Sequence record: DRR378314_1406
Reading direction: 5' to 3' (one strand)
Length of the DNA: 64,000 bases
In this document: positions 49,785-59,578 of the stretch, one piece after another
How positions within the stretch are numbered: position 1 is the stretch's first letter
Layout of the letters: every line of letters begins with the position of its first letter
The notes under the pieces: generated by a model
What the model was told of the DNA's origin: nothing
The model's input: only the letters and a program-made list of their open reading frames with translations
Database searches by the model: none
Translations under genes and position numbers: made by a program

Positions 49785-51290
49785 CTATTTCCCAAGTGCT
49801 GGTAGCAAGAGCTGATAAATGGGATCAACAGCAAAGAAAAGAACGATACAGCCGATGGCCGTGAGAACAGGCGGCAATACACACAGAAGCGGTGCTTCTT
49901 TTAACGCTCCCCAATTGAGCAGGCTTTTCTCGGAACCGACAGGCTGGACTTCGTCAGACTTTCCAAGCGGGGCAAAGAAGAAGCCGCGAATAACGATGGG
50001 CATCAGATAGCCGATATTCAGAAGCGAACTGACGAGCAGGACCCCAAGGACAAATAGCTGATCGGCCTCAATTGCGCCAAACATGATATAGAATTTTGCC
50101 CAGCTTCCCCCAAGCGGCGGCAGGCCGATAATGCTAAGGGCGCCGATCAGAAATGCGCCAAAGGTGAAGGGCATCAGACGGCCCAATCCGCGCATGTCCG
50201 AAATTTCTGTCTTTTTGGTGGCCGTATAGATGGCCCCTGCACAGAAAAAGAGGGTGATTTTCCCAAAAGCATGCATGACGATCTGCAGCGCGCCGCCGGC
50301 GACCGCCATCGGGGTTACCAAAGAGGCGGCCAGAACAATATAAGCCAGTTGACTGATCGTGGAATAGGCCAGCCGGGCCTTCAGGTTGTCCTTGGTCATG
50401 GCCACAACAGAGGCGGCGATCAAAGTGAAAGAGGCAACCCATGTCAACCAGTCTGCTGCACCGGTTTCTGCGAGGAAATCAACGCCAAAGATATAGACGA
50501 CAACTTTCAAGACAGAAAAGACACCGGCCTTCACCACCGCAACCGCGTGCAAAAGGGCACTGACCGGGGTGGGGGCAACCATGGCAGAGGGAAGCCACCG
50601 ATGGATTGGCATCAGCGCGGCTTTGCCAATGCCATACATGAACAGGAATAGCATAACGCCGGTCATGGTGGCGCTGACGCTTCCCGCCAGAATGCCGCCC
50701 GCAGTGAAATCCGTGGTGCCAGTGAGGGTCCAGACCCAGATAATGGCCGGCAGGAACAGTCCAATCGAAGTACCCAGCAAGATGCCAAGATAAATCCGGC
50801 CGCCTTTAAGGGCGGCATCGTTGCCTTTATGGGTGACCAGTGGATAGGTCGACAGGCTGAGCACTTCGTAGAAAATGAACAGGGTCAGCAGGTTTTCAGC
50901 AAAGGCAATCCCCATGGCCGCCGAAATGGCAATGGTGAAGCAGACATAAAAACGGGTCTGCTTATTTTCGTTATTGCCCCGCATGTAGCCGATGGAATAG
51001 AGCGAGTTGATAATCCAGAGGGAGGATGCCACACAGGCAAAAATCATCCCAAGAGGTTCGACTTTAAGCGCAATATCCAGGCCGGGCAGTGTGGAGATCA
51101 GGGACGCCTGTGGATAGGTTCCGTCCAGAACCGCCAGCAGGATCACCATGACATTGACGAACAGAAGCCCCGCTGTTGTCAGTGTTGCTGTTTCGCGCAA
51201 ATTGGGCATGCTGCCAAGCAAAGCAACAAGTGCGCCACCGATCAGCGGAATAAATAGAGAGAGAACCAGGTGGGTTTCAAGAGAAAACAT
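49785..51290 (-). CDS. Mrp antiporter MrpD/MrpA'-like subunit
   Basis: FYEVLSL, GKAALMPIHRWLPSAMVAPTPVSALLHA and HAFGKITLF motifs. Confidence 0.88.
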   Translation of the reverse strand: MFSLETHLVLSLFIPLIGGALVALLGSMPNLRETATLTTAGLLFVNVMVILLAVLDGTYPQASLISTLPGLDIALKVEPLGMIFACVASSLWIINSLYSIGYMRGNNENKQTRFYVCFTIAISAAMGIAFAENLLTLFIFYEVLSLSTYPLVTHKGNDAALKGGRIYLGILLGTSIGLFLPAIIWVWTLTGTTDFTAGGILAGSVSATMTGVMLFLFMYGIGKAALMPIHRWLPSAMVAPTPVSALLHAVAVVKAGVFSVLKVVVYIFGVDFLAETGAADWLTWVASFTLIAASVVAMTKDNLKARLAYSTISQLAYIVLAASLVTPMAVAGGALQIVMHAFGKITLFFCAGAIYTATKKTEISDMRGLGRLMPFTFGAFLIGALSIIGLPPLGGSWAKFYIMFGAIEADQLFVLGVLLVSSLLNIGYLMPIVIRGFFFAPLGKSDEVQPVGSEKSLLNWGALKEAPLLCVLPPVLTAIGCIVLFFAVDPIYQLLLPALGK

Positions 51291-52789
51291 CAGTTGGCTC
51301 CTCCCATCAGGAAGGCAGCGGCTGCCTTGGCAAATCCAACATTCAAGGACGTCTCAATACCGAAATAGAACATGGCTGCGATAAAAAGCCAGCTTGGGAT
51401 CAGGAGGCTTAAAGGCGCCTCCCCGGAAGGGGCGTTATCCGGCGCCGGTTTGAAATATGCGACTTCTACGACCTTCCAGACATAAATCACGGCAAATAAA
51501 GAGGAGATCAACATGGTAATGGCAAGGCCGTATCCCAGCATATCGCCCCGTTCCAGAACCGCCTGAACCAGGTACCATTTGCTGATGAAGCCAGGGGTTA
51601 GCGGCACCCCGATCAGCGCCAGCCCCCCCAGAACAAATCCAAAGGTGGTCAGCGGCATGCGCTGGCCGATCCCGCCAAGGTCTTTTAAGTACGTGCTGCC
51701 GGTAACATAGAACATCGCCCCAACTGAAAGGAACAGACCTGTTTTGACAATCGCGTGATTAAAGATATGCAGAAGGCCCGCTGTGAGCCCAATTTCGGAG
51801 GCCAAAGCAATGCCAAGGGTCATATAGCCCAACTGCGCCACGCTGGAAAAAGCCAGCAGTTTTTTCAGGTTGTCCTGGAAAATGGCGACGACGGACATGC
51901 TCAGATAGGCCACTACGGCAAATGGGATCAGCAGCTGGGTTAGCGGAAGTTCTCCAAACGCAAAATCCCAACCAAAAATGGTGAAGATAAAGCGGATCAG
52001 AAGATATACTGAAACCTTGGTAGCCGTGCCGGCAAAGAAGGCCGTTATGATGGTCGGCGCATAGGAATAGGCGTTTGGCAACCAGCTATGAAAAGGGAAC
52101 ATGGCCAGTTTGATGGCAATTCCGATGACCAAAAATCCGACTGCCGCACGGACGGGCCGGGTGTCTTCGATACTGTCAAACTGGCTGGCGATATCCGCAA
52201 TATTGAGGGTTCCCGTCATCAGGTAGAGAAGCCCCACGCCGATCAAAATAAAGGTCGCCCCGATGGTGCCAAGGATTAGATACTGAAAGGCCGCAGTGAG
52301 CGCCCGTTTGTCATTTTTCTCCCCCATGGAAATCAGCACGTAGGAGGAAAGGGAGGTGATTTCCAGGAAGACAAAGATATTGAACGCATCACCGGTTGCA
52401 GTAATCCCCATCATTCCAGCGAGCGCCAGCAGATAGGCGGAGAAGAATAGCCCCAGGCGGCTTGGCGCCACTTCTCGGTTGATGCTTTCCCGGGCATATA
52501 ACAGAACCCCGGTGCTGATGCCACTGATCACCAGCAGCACAAATGCACTTAATGGATCGATGACATATTCAATGCCCCAGGGCGCCGCCCAGCCGCCAAT
52601 TTCATAGGAAATCGGGCCGCTTTCATTGACCAGAAACAGCAGATCAAGACTTATCCAGAAGGAAAGACCACTTAAAATCGTTGTAAAGGCCCAGGGAACG
52701 TTCCCCCCGCGCAGCAAAGCACAAATCGGCGCGCCCAAAAGCGGGAGAATAATAGCGAGGATCGGGGCCTGGGAAATAAATGAACTCAT
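51290..52789 (-). CDS. mrpD: Mrp antiporter subunit D
   Basis: GGWAAPWGIE, DAFNIFVFLEI and KLAMFPFHSWLPNAY motifs. Confidence 0.9.
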   Translation of the reverse strand: MSSFISQAPILAIILPLLGAPICALLRGGNVPWAFTTILSGLSFWISLDLLFLVNESGPISYEIGGWAAPWGIEYVIDPLSAFVLLVISGISTGVLLYARESINREVAPSRLGLFFSAYLLALAGMMGITATGDAFNIFVFLEITSLSSYVLISMGEKNDKRALTAAFQYLILGTIGATFILIGVGLLYLMTGTLNIADIASQFDSIEDTRPVRAAVGFLVIGIAIKLAMFPFHSWLPNAYSYAPTIITAFFAGTATKVSVYLLIRFIFTIFGWDFAFGELPLTQLLIPFAVVAYLSMSVVAIFQDNLKKLLAFSSVAQLGYMTLGIALASEIGLTAGLLHIFNHAIVKTGLFLSVGAMFYVTGSTYLKDLGGIGQRMPLTTFGFVLGGLALIGVPLTPGFISKWYLVQAVLERGDMLGYGLAITMLISSLFAVIYVWKVVEVAYFKPAPDNAPSGEAPLSLLIPSWLFIAAMFYFGIETSLNVGFAKAAAAFLMGGAN

Positions 52790-53145
52790 TTAGATGTTTC
52801 CTCCTGCTGGAGGATTTCTTCTTCATCAATGGTGCCGAAGGCTTCCTTGATCCGAACAACCAGGGACAACCCCAGGGCCGTTGTTGCAACACCCACGACA
52901 ATCGCGGTCAGGATCAGAACATGGGGCAGGGGGTTGGAATAAAGGGTGTTGGGATCTTCGATAAAAATCGGTGCCGTGCCGCCCTCTATCTTGCCCATGG
53001 TGATGTAAAACAAAAAGACGGAAATCTGAAACAGGCTGAGCCCGATCATTTTTTTGATCAGGTTGGTCCGGCTCATCACCGTGTAAAGACCGATGACAAA
53101 CAGTATGACAAAGATCCAGTAATTATAATGATCGAAGAAGGTCAT
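52786..53145 (-). CDS. mrpC: Mrp antiporter subunit C
   Basis: NLIKKMIGL and NPLPHVLILTAIVVG motifs. Confidence 0.92.
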   Translation of the reverse strand: MTFFDHYNYWIFVILFVIGLYTVMSRTNLIKKMIGLSLFQISVFLFYITMGKIEGGTAPIFIEDPNTLYSNPLPHVLILTAIVVGVATTALGLSLVVRIKEAFGTIDEEEILQQEETSK

Positions 53146-53148
53146 GTG

Positions 53149-54192
53149 TTAATTCTCTTCGGTCTGTTTGATGAATTCGGACCGGTTGGCAAATCCGTAA
53201 AAAATGGAGAGCATGGCCGCAGTCACTGTGATACCAACACCTAGTTCAACTAGCAGAATTCCCAGATGTTGCCCAGCAATCGGATCGCTGGCCAGTATGT
53301 TATAGTCGAGGAAATTGGCACCCAGCAGCATACTGACAACGCCAACGCCGCCATAGAGCAGAACACCTGCAGCGAGCAGCACCTGCACGACCCAAAGGGG
53401 CAGGAGCTTTTGGGTATATTCCATTCCGAAAACCAGTGAATAAAGAATAATGCCGGCGGCAAAGATCACGCCGGCCTGAAACCCTCCGCCGGGTCCAAAA
53501 TCGCCATGGAACTGTACATATAGGCCAAATAACAAAATGAACGGGATCAACAATTTGGCAACCACATGAGGGACCAGGTCATGAATGTTGGGCGCAACCC
53601 TCTGCTCAGCGGCATCATTGAGAATTTCGGTCTGATCTTCACCCTCGGGATTTGATTCAGGTCGCCGCCGAAGCTGCCGCAGGATGAGTAATACGGCAAT
53701 ACCGGCTGTGAAAATCACGGTGACTTCGCCAAATGTGTCATAGCCCCGATAGCTGGCAAGAACCGCTGTCACCGCATTGGGGACATCAATTTCATTGGGG
53801 CTTTGCTGCAAGAACCGTTCGGTCAGGCGGCTGGATTGAACCGGGGTGTCAGGATGACCAACCGGCGGCATATCAAAGGTTGCATATAAAAGTGCACCGC
53901 CAACGATCAAGGAGATCAGAAGGGGAAGTACTGGTTTCTTCTTGGATTCTTTTTCTTCCGCACCGACTAACGATAGGGTCCCCAGAAATAGAACTGTACT
54001 GATCCCGGCGCCAACCGCAGCTTCGGTAAAGGCGACATCCACAGCATCCAAAATGACAAAGATCAAGGCCATCAGAAAGCTGACGGCTGCCAGCAGCATG
54101 GTTGCGATAAACAGATTGCGAACGTAAAGAACCCCAAGTGCCCCGGCGACCAGCAGGATCATGAGAAAAATATTGGTAAATTCTTCCATCAT
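53149..54192 (-). CDS. mrpB: Mrp subunit B fused to DUF4040 (MrpA C-terminal part)
   Basis: DVAFTEAAVGAG, YRGYDTFGE and GPGGGFQAG motifs. Confidence 0.88.
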   Translation of the reverse strand: MMEEFTNIFLMILLVAGALGVLYVRNLFIATMLLAAVSFLMALIFVILDAVDVAFTEAAVGAGISTVLFLGTLSLVGAEEKESKKKPVLPLLISLIVGGALLYATFDMPPVGHPDTPVQSSRLTERFLQQSPNEIDVPNAVTAVLASYRGYDTFGEVTVIFTAGIAVLLILRQLRRRPESNPEGEDQTEILNDAAEQRVAPNIHDLVPHVVAKLLIPFILLFGLYVQFHGDFGPGGGFQAGVIFAAGIILYSLVFGMEYTQKLLPLWVVQVLLAAGVLLYGGVGVVSMLLGANFLDYNILASDPIAGQHLGILLVELGVGITVTAAMLSIFYGFANRSEFIKQTEEN

Positions 54193-54611
54193 TTTTTGGA
54201 TCCCTCCGTCACGTCGGAAGCAGGGGTTTGCAACAGATTTTCAACCTCTTCTTCTTCCTCGCTCTCCTCCTTATCACCTTCTTCCTCTCTCTCCTCCTTA
54301 TCACCAAACCCTTTGGTCTGAGGTTTCAGGCCGGCAACAAAGGTGGCCTGGGCAAGGGCGTAGGTTGAGGTGGGCCCGGTAATAAACAGAAAGGCCACAA
54401 TAAACAGCAGCTTGACTGTCACCAAGGAGATGCCGCTTTGTAAAGCCAGACCACCACAAATCAGGAAGGAGGCCAATGTGTCAGCCATACCGCCAGCATG
54501 AATACGGGTATACAGATCTGGAAATTTTAACAGGCCATAGCCGGTAATTAGAACAAAGAAACAGCCAACGAGCATCAAGGCCCAGGTGCCAATATCGAGA
54601 ATTAACTCCAT
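54189..54611 (-). CDS. mrpG: Mrp antiporter subunit G
   Basis: FPDLYTRIHA, TGPTST; acidic C-terminal tail. Confidence 0.88.
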   Translation of the reverse strand: MELILDIGTWALMLVGCFFVLITGYGLLKFPDLYTRIHAGGMADTLASFLICGGLALQSGISLVTVKLLFIVAFLFITGPTSTYALAQATFVAGLKPQTKGFGDKEEREEEGDKEESEEEEEVENLLQTPASDVTEGSKK

Positions 54612-54904
54612 CAGTCGTCTCCTCCTTTGGCGCGGGAGAAGCCACGGCGCAGGGTGCCGAACTTGAAATATTTGAGCACCGCCAAGGTGGCGATGAAGTT
54701 CATCAGCGCATAGACAATGGCCAGATCGAGAAAATCAGGACGTCCGTTCATAAAGCCGACGACAGCGATCAGCAACACGGTTTTCGTGCCGATCGCATTC
54801 ACCGCCAAAATCCGGTCATAGGAGGTTGGACCCAGTAGCGCCCGGGCCAGGGCCATGGCAACACTGACCAGAATGGCAATGGCGGTGACAGCAAAAATAG
54901 TCAT
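54611..54904 (-). CDS. mrpF: Mrp antiporter subunit F
   Basis: GPTSYDRILA and LDLAIVYALMNF motifs. Confidence 0.9.
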   Translation of the reverse strand: MTIFAVTAIAILVSVAMALARALLGPTSYDRILAVNAIGTKTVLLIAVVGFMNGRPDFLDLAIVYALMNFIATLAVLKYFKFGTLRRGFSRAKGGDD

Positions 54905-55374
54905 GTTTCCCCCATAACGCGGGTTACACGTTGATCCATGTCACCGCTTTTGACGCCCTCAGCAGATGCTTTGGTGAGGGCATGAACAAGAATATTGTCT
55001 TCATAAAGATCAACAGTCACTGTGCCCGGTGTCAGAGTCACGGAGTTCGCATATATCACTTTGCCAAGATCACTTTTTTGGGAAATGGAGGAGACAAAGA
55101 GGCTCGGCCGGAGATATTTTTTCGGGAAAAGAACACATTTAGCAACATCGATATTGGCTTTCACAATCTCTATGATCAGCCAGATCCAGTAGAAAACCAC
55201 CTGAACGCCAAGTTGTACCGGCAGGCCTTCATGATCGATCACGTCCATGCGGCGGGCTATCAAGGCGACCAAAATGCAAGAGGCAATTCCGAAGCCGATG
55301 ATCAACGGGGTGTAAATACCGGATAATAACAGCCATACGGCCATAAGAACCAAAATCAGGCTGACAGTTCTCAA
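54901..55374 (-). CDS. mrpE: Mrp antiporter subunit E
   Basis: KANIDVA, ANSVTLTPGT and LVHAL motifs. Confidence 0.9.
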   Translation of the reverse strand: MRTVSLILVLMAVWLLLSGIYTPLIIGFGIASCILVALIARRMDVIDHEGLPVQLGVQVVFYWIWLIIEIVKANIDVAKCVLFPKKYLRPSLFVSSISQKSDLGKVIYANSVTLTPGTVTVDLYEDNILVHALTKASAEGVKSGDMDQRVTRVMGET

Positions 55375-55725
55375 GCTTCTTTCCCCTTATGTCTTGAATG
55401 GCAGTCATGTTTTTTATCAGTGTATGCCACGAGCGGACGGGACCTGCAAGACGCATCATTTATTTTGTGACTAGATAAGAACTGGTGAGAAGATTCTCAA
55501 GAAAAAAAGCGTGATTCTCCTGATTCTCAAGTTGGATTTATTATTTAATCGGATTTAATTCAATTTTTAGCTTTATTTATCGAAAATTTCGTTTTTATTC
55601 TGAAGAAATGCCTTATACTAGATGACATATACAAAAAATAAGATTAACCTAATATTGCTATGAGGTCGATCTAAGGGTAGGTTCATAGTTGGGGGATGTC
55701 GTTCACTTTCAGTGGGAGTAACCCA

Positions 55726-56289
55726 ATGTCAGGCAAGGTTGAGCAGTTGCATAAGAGTGCTGAAGTGGGTACAGAGTTTACAAGCGAAGAAGAAACCTTT
55801 GAGAAGAAAGGCCGGGTTAAATGGTTTAACACGGTGAAAGGTTTTGGGTTTCTTGTCCCGGAAGATGATCAGGGCGATATTTTCCTGCATCTTTCCTGTT
55901 TGCGGGAGAGCGGCCATGAATATGTGGCCGAAGGGGTCACCGTCAGTTGCCAGGTGGCGCGGCGGGGCAAAGGTCTCCAGGCAATTAAAATCCTTGATAT
56001 TGATACTTCGACGGCAGTTCCCTTTCTGCCAAGTCCGGTCAAAGCCTCCAATGTGGAACGGCATCCGTCCTTGAAGGCGGAAGGGGATTTTGTTGAAACC
56101 GTGGTCAAATGGTTTGATCCTGTGAAGGGGTATGGCTTTTTAACCCGCGGTGAAGGTACCCAGGATATCTTCATTCATATGGAAACTATCCGGAGTGAAG
56201 GGGTTATGCCTATTCAAGCCGGACAAACCTTGCGGGTTCGTGTGGGCGAAAGCGATAAAGGCCCGCAGGTTGCGGAAATCGAAAGATAG
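55726..56289 (+). CDS. Tandem cold-shock domain protein
   Basis: Two CSDs (VKWFNTVKGFGF..DIFLH; VKWFDPVKGYGF..DIFIH); alternative start at 55696. Confidence 0.92.
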   Translation: MSGKVEQLHKSAEVGTEFTSEEETFEKKGRVKWFNTVKGFGFLVPEDDQGDIFLHLSCLRESGHEYVAEGVTVSCQVARRGKGLQAIKILDIDTSTAVPFLPSPVKASNVERHPSLKAEGDFVETVVKWFDPVKGYGFLTRGEGTQDIFIHMETIRSEGVMPIQAGQTLRVRVGESDKGPQVAEIER

Positions 56290-56323
56290 CAACTCTTTCT
56301 ACTATGCATTTTATCTGAAGACT

Positions 56324-56351
56324 AAAAAGCGGGCTTTGTGGCCCGCCTTTT
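56324..56351. terminator. Bidirectional terminator
   Basis: AAAAAGCGGGC-tttgtg-GCCCGCCTTTT. Confidence 0.7.
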
Positions 56352-56437
56352 ATTTTGATCTGCAAACCGGGAATATCGATCATCAGTCGGAAAGGGATAG
56401 AAGCCCTTTTTGGCTCATACCCAAATTCCCCGGCTAT

Positions 56438-56473
56438 TCCTTTATTTCACTTCAGTCCCTTATTTCACTTCAA
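56438..56473. repeat. 18-bp tandem duplication spanning the stop codon of the thiY-like gene
   Basis: TCCTTTATTTCACTTCAG followed by TCCCTTATTTCACTTCAA. Confidence 0.75.
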
Positions 56474-57404
56474 TCGCATAATCGGATACCGGTTTAACCG
56501 CATCAATGAGGCCGGCCGTTTTCAGGAAACTGGCAAATCGGCTGTAGCGATTGGTATCCAGTGCAGCCGGACGCAGGGCAAAGCGGGGCAGTGTGTCAGC
56601 CCAGGCACGTTTGTTCAGTTCATCATCCAGATCCGGATATGTGTTGATAAAGGCTTGATAGGCATCATCCGGATGGTTCACCAGATACTGCACGGCCTCT
56701 TCCAGCGCGCTCAGGAACGGGGCAAAGCGCGGATCGTCCAGATTTCCTGAATTGGCAACCAGGATCAATTCATCATAGGCAGGGATCCCTTCTTCTTCTG
56801 GATAAAAAGCCCGGCCCGGATTTCCTTCGATATCCATCTGGTTAAGCTCAAAATTACGAAAGGCCCCAATAACGGCATCTACCTTGCCCGCTAAAATAGA
56901 CGGGGACAGGCTGAAATTTACATTGATCAGCTCAATATCGGAGATGTCCAGGCCATGATTTTGCAGCATGGCCTGCAGCAATGCACTTTCAAAGCCGCCG
57001 ACTGAAAACCCGACTTTCTTACCCTTGAGGTCTTTGATGGTTTTAATCGGGCCGCTTTTCAGGACCACAAGGCTGTTGAGCGGTGTGGCAACAAGGGTGC
57101 CAATGCGTTTCAAGGGTAACCCTTCGCCGACCTGAACATGCAGTTGCGGCTGATAGGAGACGGCGATCGTTGCTTTACCGGCAGCGACGAGCTTGGGCGG
57201 ATCGTTCGGATCAGCAGGGGCCTTTAGCTCAACATCCAGGCCGTGTTTGGCAAAGAAACCTTTCTCCTTGGCAATCACCAGCGTTGCATGGTCGGGATTA
57301 ACGAACCAGTCCAGCAGCACTGTCATTTTTTCTGCGGATGCAGCCGACGGATTTGCTGTTGCAATAAAGGCGGCACTGGCCGCCATGATAAGTTTCTTGA
57401 TCAT
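56460..57404 (-). CDS. thiY: ABC substrate-binding protein, NMT1/ThiY family (thiamine pyrimidine precursor)
   Basis: LDWFVNPDH, SYQP and GAFRNFE motifs; downstream of a TPP riboswitch. Confidence 0.85.
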   Translation of the reverse strand: MIKKLIMAASAAFIATANPSAASAEKMTVLLDWFVNPDHATLVIAKEKGFFAKHGLDVELKAPADPNDPPKLVAAGKATIAVSYQPQLHVQVGEGLPLKRIGTLVATPLNSLVVLKSGPIKTIKDLKGKKVGFSVGGFESALLQAMLQNHGLDISDIELINVNFSLSPSILAGKVDAVIGAFRNFELNQMDIEGNPGRAFYPEEEGIPAYDELILVANSGNLDDPRFAPFLSALEEAVQYLVNHPDDAYQAFINTYPDLDDELNKRAWADTLPRFALRPAALDTNRYSRFASFLKTAGLIDAVKPVSDYAIEVK

Positions 57405-57443
57405 TGACACACTCCGTTTCATCAATTGATTTTTTTTGAATAA

Positions 57444-58202
57444 TCATGTCCAGGTGACGGCTCGCTTCAGAAGAAAATCCACGAGGTAATATAAAGAGAT
57501 TGCAAGAAGCGCTAAGGTGAAGAGGCTGGCAAACATCAGGTCGGTCTGCATGCGACCGTTCGCATGAAGCATGAGATATCCAAGACCGGCGGAGGAGCCA
57601 ACCCATTCACCTACGACCGCGCCGATGGGAGCGACAGCGGTCGCCACCCGAATACCCGACGCGAGCGAGGGCAGGGCAAAAGGAATTTTTAACGTGCGGT
57701 AAAGTCGGAAGGTTGCCAGCAGCCGGCCAGATTTACCCTTCGCCTGATAGAGTTTGGCCAGGTCCAGCCATTCTGGCGGTGTGCGGTTGAGCCCATCGAC
57801 AAATGCCACCGTTACCGGGAAATAGATGATCAGGGTCGCCATGACGACCTTGGACGTGATGCCATAATCGAACCAGAGCACAAGGAGCGGGGCAATGGCG
57901 AAAACCGGGACGGCCTGGCTGGCAATCAATACCGGCAGCACCCATTGCCGCACAGCCGGATGCAGGGAAACCGCCAATCCGGTTATCAACCCCAACAAGG
58001 TGCCGATTATCAGGCCAAGCAGGATTTCCAGCGCCGTGACAGAACCATGATGCAACAGAGTCGGGTATTTTTTGGTAAATTGCAGCAGGACTTCTGCGGG
58101 GTTGGGCAATATGAATCTGGGAACATCAGTGATCCAAACCGCCAGCATCCAAAGGGCTAGCAGACCCAATAACGTAATTAAAATTTGAAAAAGGGTACGC
58201 AT
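57444..58202 (-). CDS. thiX: ABC permease, ThiX-like
   Basis: ILPNP, QAVPVFAIAPL and GAVVGEWVG motifs. Confidence 0.82.
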   Translation of the reverse strand: MRTLFQILITLLGLLALWMLAVWITDVPRFILPNPAEVLLQFTKKYPTLLHHGSVTALEILLGLIIGTLLGLITGLAVSLHPAVRQWVLPVLIASQAVPVFAIAPLLVLWFDYGITSKVVMATLIIYFPVTVAFVDGLNRTPPEWLDLAKLYQAKGKSGRLLATFRLYRTLKIPFALPSLASGIRVATAVAPIGAVVGEWVGSSAGLGYLMLHANGRMQTDLMFASLFTLALLAISLYYLVDFLLKRAVTWT

Positions 58203-59005
58203 CAGCTCTTCTCCGCTTCGGTCATGCCGAGAAGGTCCAGAATACGCGACTGCGGAACCAACAAGTCCGGGTCTGTGACTGACCGGGGCAACGGTGCGGG
58301 CAGGCCAGTGATTTCACTAAGACGGGCGGGGGCACCGCCAAGCACATAAACCGTATCACCAAGGCGCAACGCCTCCATCGGGTCATGGGTCACCATGAGA
58401 ACGGTTTTGCGGCGGGTCAACTCACTGAATAACGCCTGAAGTCGGTGCCGGGTAATTGCATCAAGGGCAGAGAAAGGCTCATCCGCCAACAGCACAGGTG
58501 CATCCTCCAGCAGGGTTCTGGCCAGCGATAGGCGTTGGCGCATTCCGCCCGAAAGCGTGTCGGGTTGTTGATCCTGTTTGGCGGAAAGTCCGACCTGATC
58601 AAGGATCTCCAACGCTCTTTTCCTATCAAATTCTATGCCTTGTAGTTGACTGGAAACCCGTAGATTTTCCAAAGCTGTTGCCCAGGGCAGCAAAAGATCA
58701 TTCTGCGGCATATAGGCGATACGGCCAGTTAAAGGATTAGAATCGCCGGACGTTACAAAAGCGCCGGGGGTGAGCGGTAGAAGGCCCGCAATGGATTTCA
58801 GGATTGTGGATTTGCCAACGCCACTTGGCCCCAGCAGGCATGTTGTTTTACCGGGCGCCAACGTCAGGCGGAAATCCGCCAGAATAACCGCTGTTCCATA
58901 TCTGAGTTCGGGAAAATAGAGATCAATTGCAGGTGCGTCTGCGCCTGAAGGCCTCATATCACGGATTGCAGCCGAACCGGCTGTTGATGTATCGTCTACG
59001 ACCAT
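58202..59005 (-). CDS. thiZ: ABC ATP-binding protein, ThiZ-like
   Basis: GPSGVGKST, LSGGMRQR, DEPFSALD and VTHD motifs. Confidence 0.85.
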   Translation of the reverse strand: MVVDDTSTAGSAAIRDMRPSGADAPAIDLYFPELRYGTAVILADFRLTLAPGKTTCLLGPSGVGKSTILKSIAGLLPLTPGAFVTSGDSNPLTGRIAYMPQNDLLLPWATALENLRVSSQLQGIEFDRKRALEILDQVGLSAKQDQQPDTLSGGMRQRLSLARTLLEDAPVLLADEPFSALDAITRHRLQALFSELTRRKTVLMVTHDPMEALRLGDTVYVLGGAPARLSEITGLPAPLPRSVTDPDLLVPQSRILDLLGMTEAEKS

Positions 59006-59009
59006 TAAG

Positions 59010-59098
59010 TCCTCGTTCCTACGCAGGTTTTAACCTGATCAGGTCCAGGGGTCGTTTCTGAATGAAACCTCTCAGCAGCTAGGCTCCCCCCGAGTAAG
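59010..59098 (-). ncRNA. TPP riboswitch (THI element)
   Basis: Minus strand reads CTCGGGGGGAGCC..GCTGAGAGG..GACCCCTGGACCTGATCAGGTTAAAACCTGCGTAGGAACGAG, upstream of thiZXY. Confidence 0.95.
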
Positions 59099-59125
59099 AG
59101 GGCAACTATAGGGAATTTATAGTCC

Positions 59126-59578
59126 ATGGCAAAGCAAAAAGAATTAAAGGCTCTCTGGGGTGGTCTTCTGGGTTGTGTTCTTGTGTTCTGGCTGATGGCA
59201 GGAGCAAGCGCCGAAGAGGTGATCCTGCAAACACAGGAAGGTCCTATTGCCATTGAGGCCGAGCTTGCCGATACACCGCAGAAGAGATCCCGGGGCTTGA
59301 TGCATCGGGACACGATGGGGGCGAATAAGGGCATGCTGTTTGATTTCAAATTGGAACGCCAGGTTGCCATGTGGATGAAAAACACCCTGATAGAGCTGGA
59401 CATGTTGTTTGCCAAAGGGGATGGAACCATCATTTTCATCAAGGAAAAAGCGCAGCCCGGTGATTTAACCACCGTTATGGCCGACGAACCGGTCAGATGG
59501 GTGCTGGAGCTGAACGGCGGGTATGCAAAGCAGCATAAAGTTCAGACTGGCGACCGGCTGATTTTTCCGCCACAATAA
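59126..59578 (+). CDS. DUF192 family protein
   Basis: ELADTP..R.RGLMHR, GMLF, MWMKNT and VLELNGG motifs. Confidence 0.92.
   Translation: MAKQKELKALWGGLLGCVLVFWLMAGASAEEVILQTQEGPIAIEAELADTPQKRSRGLMHRDTMGANKGMLFDFKLERQVAMWMKNTLIELDMLFAKGDGTIIFIKEKAQPGDLTTVMADEPVRWVLELNGGYAKQHKVQTGDRLIFPPQ

Noticed and set aside
47820-52789. Call as NADH dehydrogenase NuoL/M/N or a hydrogenase membrane arm
   Set aside because: Flanked by mrpB/C/E/F/G, with no NuoH or redox subunits.
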